The notes under the pieces were generated by a model. It was not told the DNA's origin and made no database searches. It worked only from the letters and a program-made list of their open reading frames with translations. Source: an uncultured Persicitalea sp. (lineage in GTDB: Bacteria; Bacteroidota; Bacteroidia; Cytophagales; Spirosomataceae). From it: DNA of 57,527 nt. A program made the translations under genes and the position numbers. Positions 55,300 through 57,527 of the stretch are shown here, piece after piece. Each line of letters starts with the position of its first letter. Position 1 is the first letter of the stretch. The stretch spans positions 1 through 57,527 of the forward strand of contig CATMVR010000001.1 in the NCBI GenBank assembly GCA_950075905.1, read 5' to 3'.

Positions 55300-56037
55300 T
55301 CAACGATCCAACCGCGACTCGATGATCTCCGCCGCATTGCGCAGACTTTTGATAATCTCTTTGCGAACGGCGGCCGTAAACCGGATTTCCGGCAGGAACA
55401 CCCCCAAAGCGGCTATTACCTTACTATTCTTCCGAATCGGCACCGCCAGCCCGATGATATGCTTTACCGAATAGGTAATTGCAACCCCCTCCCGCGCAAT
55501 TTTTTCCAGCGCCTCGTATAGGGCCTCCGGGGTAATGGCCTCCTTCCAGACGATCTCGGAAGGTAGGCCATTATTGGCAATGAAGTGTTCCAGTTCTTTT
55601 TTGGAGAGGTATGCCAGCAGAATCCGGCCTGTGGCAGTTTCGTACACATTTCGCTCGCTGCGGCTGCGGACCTGCAAATCCTGATCGCTATGAACCAGGT
55701 GCAGAATGAATCGCTTCTGATTCCTGAGTACCCCCAGGAGGGAGGTTTCGTTGAGTCGTTCGGTTAACTCCTCCATCACATCCCTGGCCGCCATGATCAG
55801 GTTTTGGTTGTAGGCCAGGTTGTTGGTCAGATTAAAGGCCATAGGGCCCAGCTTATAGCCCTTTTTCCTGCCCAGGTGCTCCACATAGTTTTTGCTGACC
55901 AGCGTTTTTAGAATGTTGGCGCAGGTGGCCTGATTGAGATCGAGGCTTTCGGAAATTTCGGTCAGCGAATATGCCCTTTCCTGATCTTGCCCCAGATATT
56001 CCAAAATATCCAAAGCCTTAATGACGACTAAAACCAT
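55300..56037 (-). CDS. IclR-family transcriptional regulator (KdgR-like context)
   Basis: 245 aa with an N-terminal wHTH (ALDILEYLGQDQERAYSLTEISESLDLNQATCANILKTLV) and a C-terminal IclR effector domain. It is adjacent to kduD. Confidence 0.88.
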   Translation of the reverse strand: MVLVVIKALDILEYLGQDQERAYSLTEISESLDLNQATCANILKTLVSKNYVEHLGRKKGYKLGPMAFNLTNNLAYNQNLIMAARDVMEELTERLNETSLLGVLRNQKRFILHLVHSDQDLQVRSRSERNVYETATGRILLAYLSKKELEHFIANNGLPSEIVWKEAITPEALYEALEKIAREGVAITYSVKHIIGLAVPIRKNSKVIAALGVFLPEIRFTAAVRKEIIKSLRNAAEIIESRLDR

Positions 56038-56125
56038 AGGGAATTGTCAAACGGTTGCGGAGTAATTGTCTTCAAAGATACGGTGATTCGTTCATTTTAG
56101 TCTAATTTACTCTCATTATGTTGAA

Positions 56126-56896
56126 TTACCGGCCCATCCAACCCCCATCTACGGTGACGATGCTACCGTGAACGTAGCGGGCGGCATCCGAAGCCAGAAA
56201 TACCGTTACGCCCTTGAAATCATCAGGAGTACCCCAGCGCCCGGCCGGTATCCGGCCCAGAATAGAGGCGCTGCGGTCGGGGTCGTTGCGGAGGGCCTCG
56301 GTATTGTCGGTGCTGATGTAGCCCGGTGCAATGGCGTTGACATTCACACCCTTACCCGCCCATTCGTTGGCAAGTGCTTTCACCAAACTACCCAGCGCTG
56401 CTTTGCTGGCGGCGTAACCGGGAACGGTGATACCCCCCTGAAAGGTAAGGAGCGAGGCCGTGAAGATAATTTTACCCGCCCCGCGTTCCACCATCTTTTT
56501 TCCCAGCTCGCGGCTCAGGATAAACGGTGCCGTCAGGTTGGTTTCCAGTACCGTATCCCAGTATTCATCGGGGTGCTCGTGGGCGGGCTTGCGCAGAATG
56601 GTGCCGGCATTGTTTACCAGAATATCAATGACCGGAAATTCTTTCTGCACGGCACTAATAAACTGGTACAGGGCTTCGCGATTGTTAAAGTCGCACTGAT
56701 AGGCCCGGAATTCTCCTCCCAGGCCCTTTATATCCTGTTCTACCTCGCTATTCTGTAATTCGAGGTTGGCCGATACACCAATGATGTCTGCGCCCGCTTC
56801 GGCCAGGGCCACCGCCATAGCCCGGCCAATACCCCTTTTGCAACCGGTAACGAGGGCTCTCTTGCCCGCCAGATTAAATGAGTTTAGGAATGTCAT
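56126..56896 (-). CDS. kduD: 2-dehydro-3-deoxy-D-gluconate 5-dehydrogenase (SDR family)
   Basis: 256 aa. The N-terminus FNLAGKRALVTGCKRGIGRAMAVALAEAGADIIGV is closely KduD-like. Catalytic motif YAASKAALGSLVKALANEWA (YxxxK). Confidence 0.85.
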   Translation of the reverse strand: MTFLNSFNLAGKRALVTGCKRGIGRAMAVALAEAGADIIGVSANLELQNSEVEQDIKGLGGEFRAYQCDFNNREALYQFISAVQKEFPVIDILVNNAGTILRKPAHEHPDEYWDTVLETNLTAPFILSRELGKKMVERGAGKIIFTASLLTFQGGITVPGYAASKAALGSLVKALANEWAGKGVNVNAIAPGYISTDNTEALRNDPDRSASILGRIPAGRWGTPDDFKGVTVFLASDAARYVHGSIVTVDGGWMGR

Positions 56897-57156
56897 AATT
56901 TAATATGGTTAGTGTAAGTGTTATGTAATTCCACAATAGTATTAATAAGGCTTTAATTATCCTAATAATCCAAAACTACGATAAATTGTATATAAGCAAT
57001 ATTATTCTTTATATAAGTGATATGAAAGACTAAATAATTGTATTAAAAGGTTAATACTCTGGAATATGTGGAGATTTTAAAAAATATTAATTACCAAAAA
57101 GTTTGTCTGTGAAGAAGTTTTGATTTAGTATTGCATTGTAGAATTCTAATTTAACA

Positions 57157-57527
57157 ATGTTGAATAATAATCATAACCCTATGGAAAAGCCTTTTACCAA
57201 TCGGTGCCGGGGATTGTGGCTAAGTCTCCTGCTAGCTTTGGGAGTAGCAACCACAACGGCCTGGGCCCAACAAAAAATCACCGGTCAGGTTTCTGACGAG
57301 AGCGGACAGCCTTTGCCCGGAGTCAACGTAGTGGAGCGGGGTACTACCACCGGTAGCTCTACCGACGCCAACGGATCGTATACAATCACCACTTCGGGCT
57401 CCAACCCTGTGCTTGTATTTTCTTTTGTAGGGTATGAATCGCAGGAGATAGCTGTAAATAATCGGAGTACAATTTCCATTACTCTGAAGACCGACAACAA
57501 ATTACTGAATGAAGTAGTGGTGGTGGG
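57157..57527 (+). CDS. SusC/RagA-family TonB-dependent transporter, N-terminal part (continues beyond the window)
   Basis: Read directly from the sequence: MLNNNHNPMEKPFTNRCRGLWLSLLLALGVATTTAWAQQKITGQVSDESGQPLPGVNVVERGTTTGSSTDANGSYTIT..VFSFVGYESQEI..LNEVVVVG. This is a signal peptide, a CarboxypepD_reg domain and the start of the plug. An alternative ATG is at 57181. Confidence 0.8.
   Translation, partial: MLNNNHNPMEKPFTNRCRGLWLSLLLALGVATTTAWAQQKITGQVSDESGQPLPGVNVVERGTTTGSSTDANGSYTITTSGSNPVLVFSFVGYESQEIAVNNRSTISITLKTDNKLLNEVVVV

Overview
This window looks like Bacteroidota DNA: it has SusC/SusD pairs and CTnDOT-style tra genes. Any finer lineage guess would be inference. I see three blocks. 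(1) 1-12.3 kb is a minus-strand polysaccharide-utilisation locus: a partial GH-like hydrolase, a sulfatase, an 847-aa unknown secreted protein, SusD, SusC, an arabinose-isomerase-family enzyme and an MFS transporter. (2) About 12.4-54.7 kb is a plasmid-like or ICE-like conjugative region. It starts with a Rep_3-type initiator, followed by 5 x 22-bp iterons, an AT-rich tract and a second array of 12 x ~44-bp iteron units. Next is a tightly coupled ~12.5-kb minus-strand Bacteroidetes-type T4SS operon running from a traA-like gene to traN; it includes VirB4-like TraG and three tandem TraE/pilin-like paralogs. A divergent mob module follows (MobC-like protein and relaxase), then an HTH-ParA/ParB-like pair bracketed by an identical 23-bp palindrome, with a third copy inside the tra operon. 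After that come a coupling protein, an M23 peptidase, a Toprim primase-like protein, an AbiEi/AbiEii toxin-antitoxin pair, DUF932, and a ~1,680-codon N6-methyltransferase/SNF2-helicase gene interrupted by a single in-frame TAG. The block ends with a GNAT, a membrane-anchored LuxR regulator, a decayed IS1182-like element, an SBBP beta-propeller lipoprotein and transposase debris. I found no integrase or tRNA attachment site, so whether this is an integrated element or a plasmid backbone carrying PULs is unresolved. (3) 55.3-57.5 kb holds an IclR regulator, kduD and the start of a second SusC gene. Many long ORFs in the track are antisense shadows of real genes and were discarded. All family assignments come from motifs read by eye plus synteny; no database search was possible.
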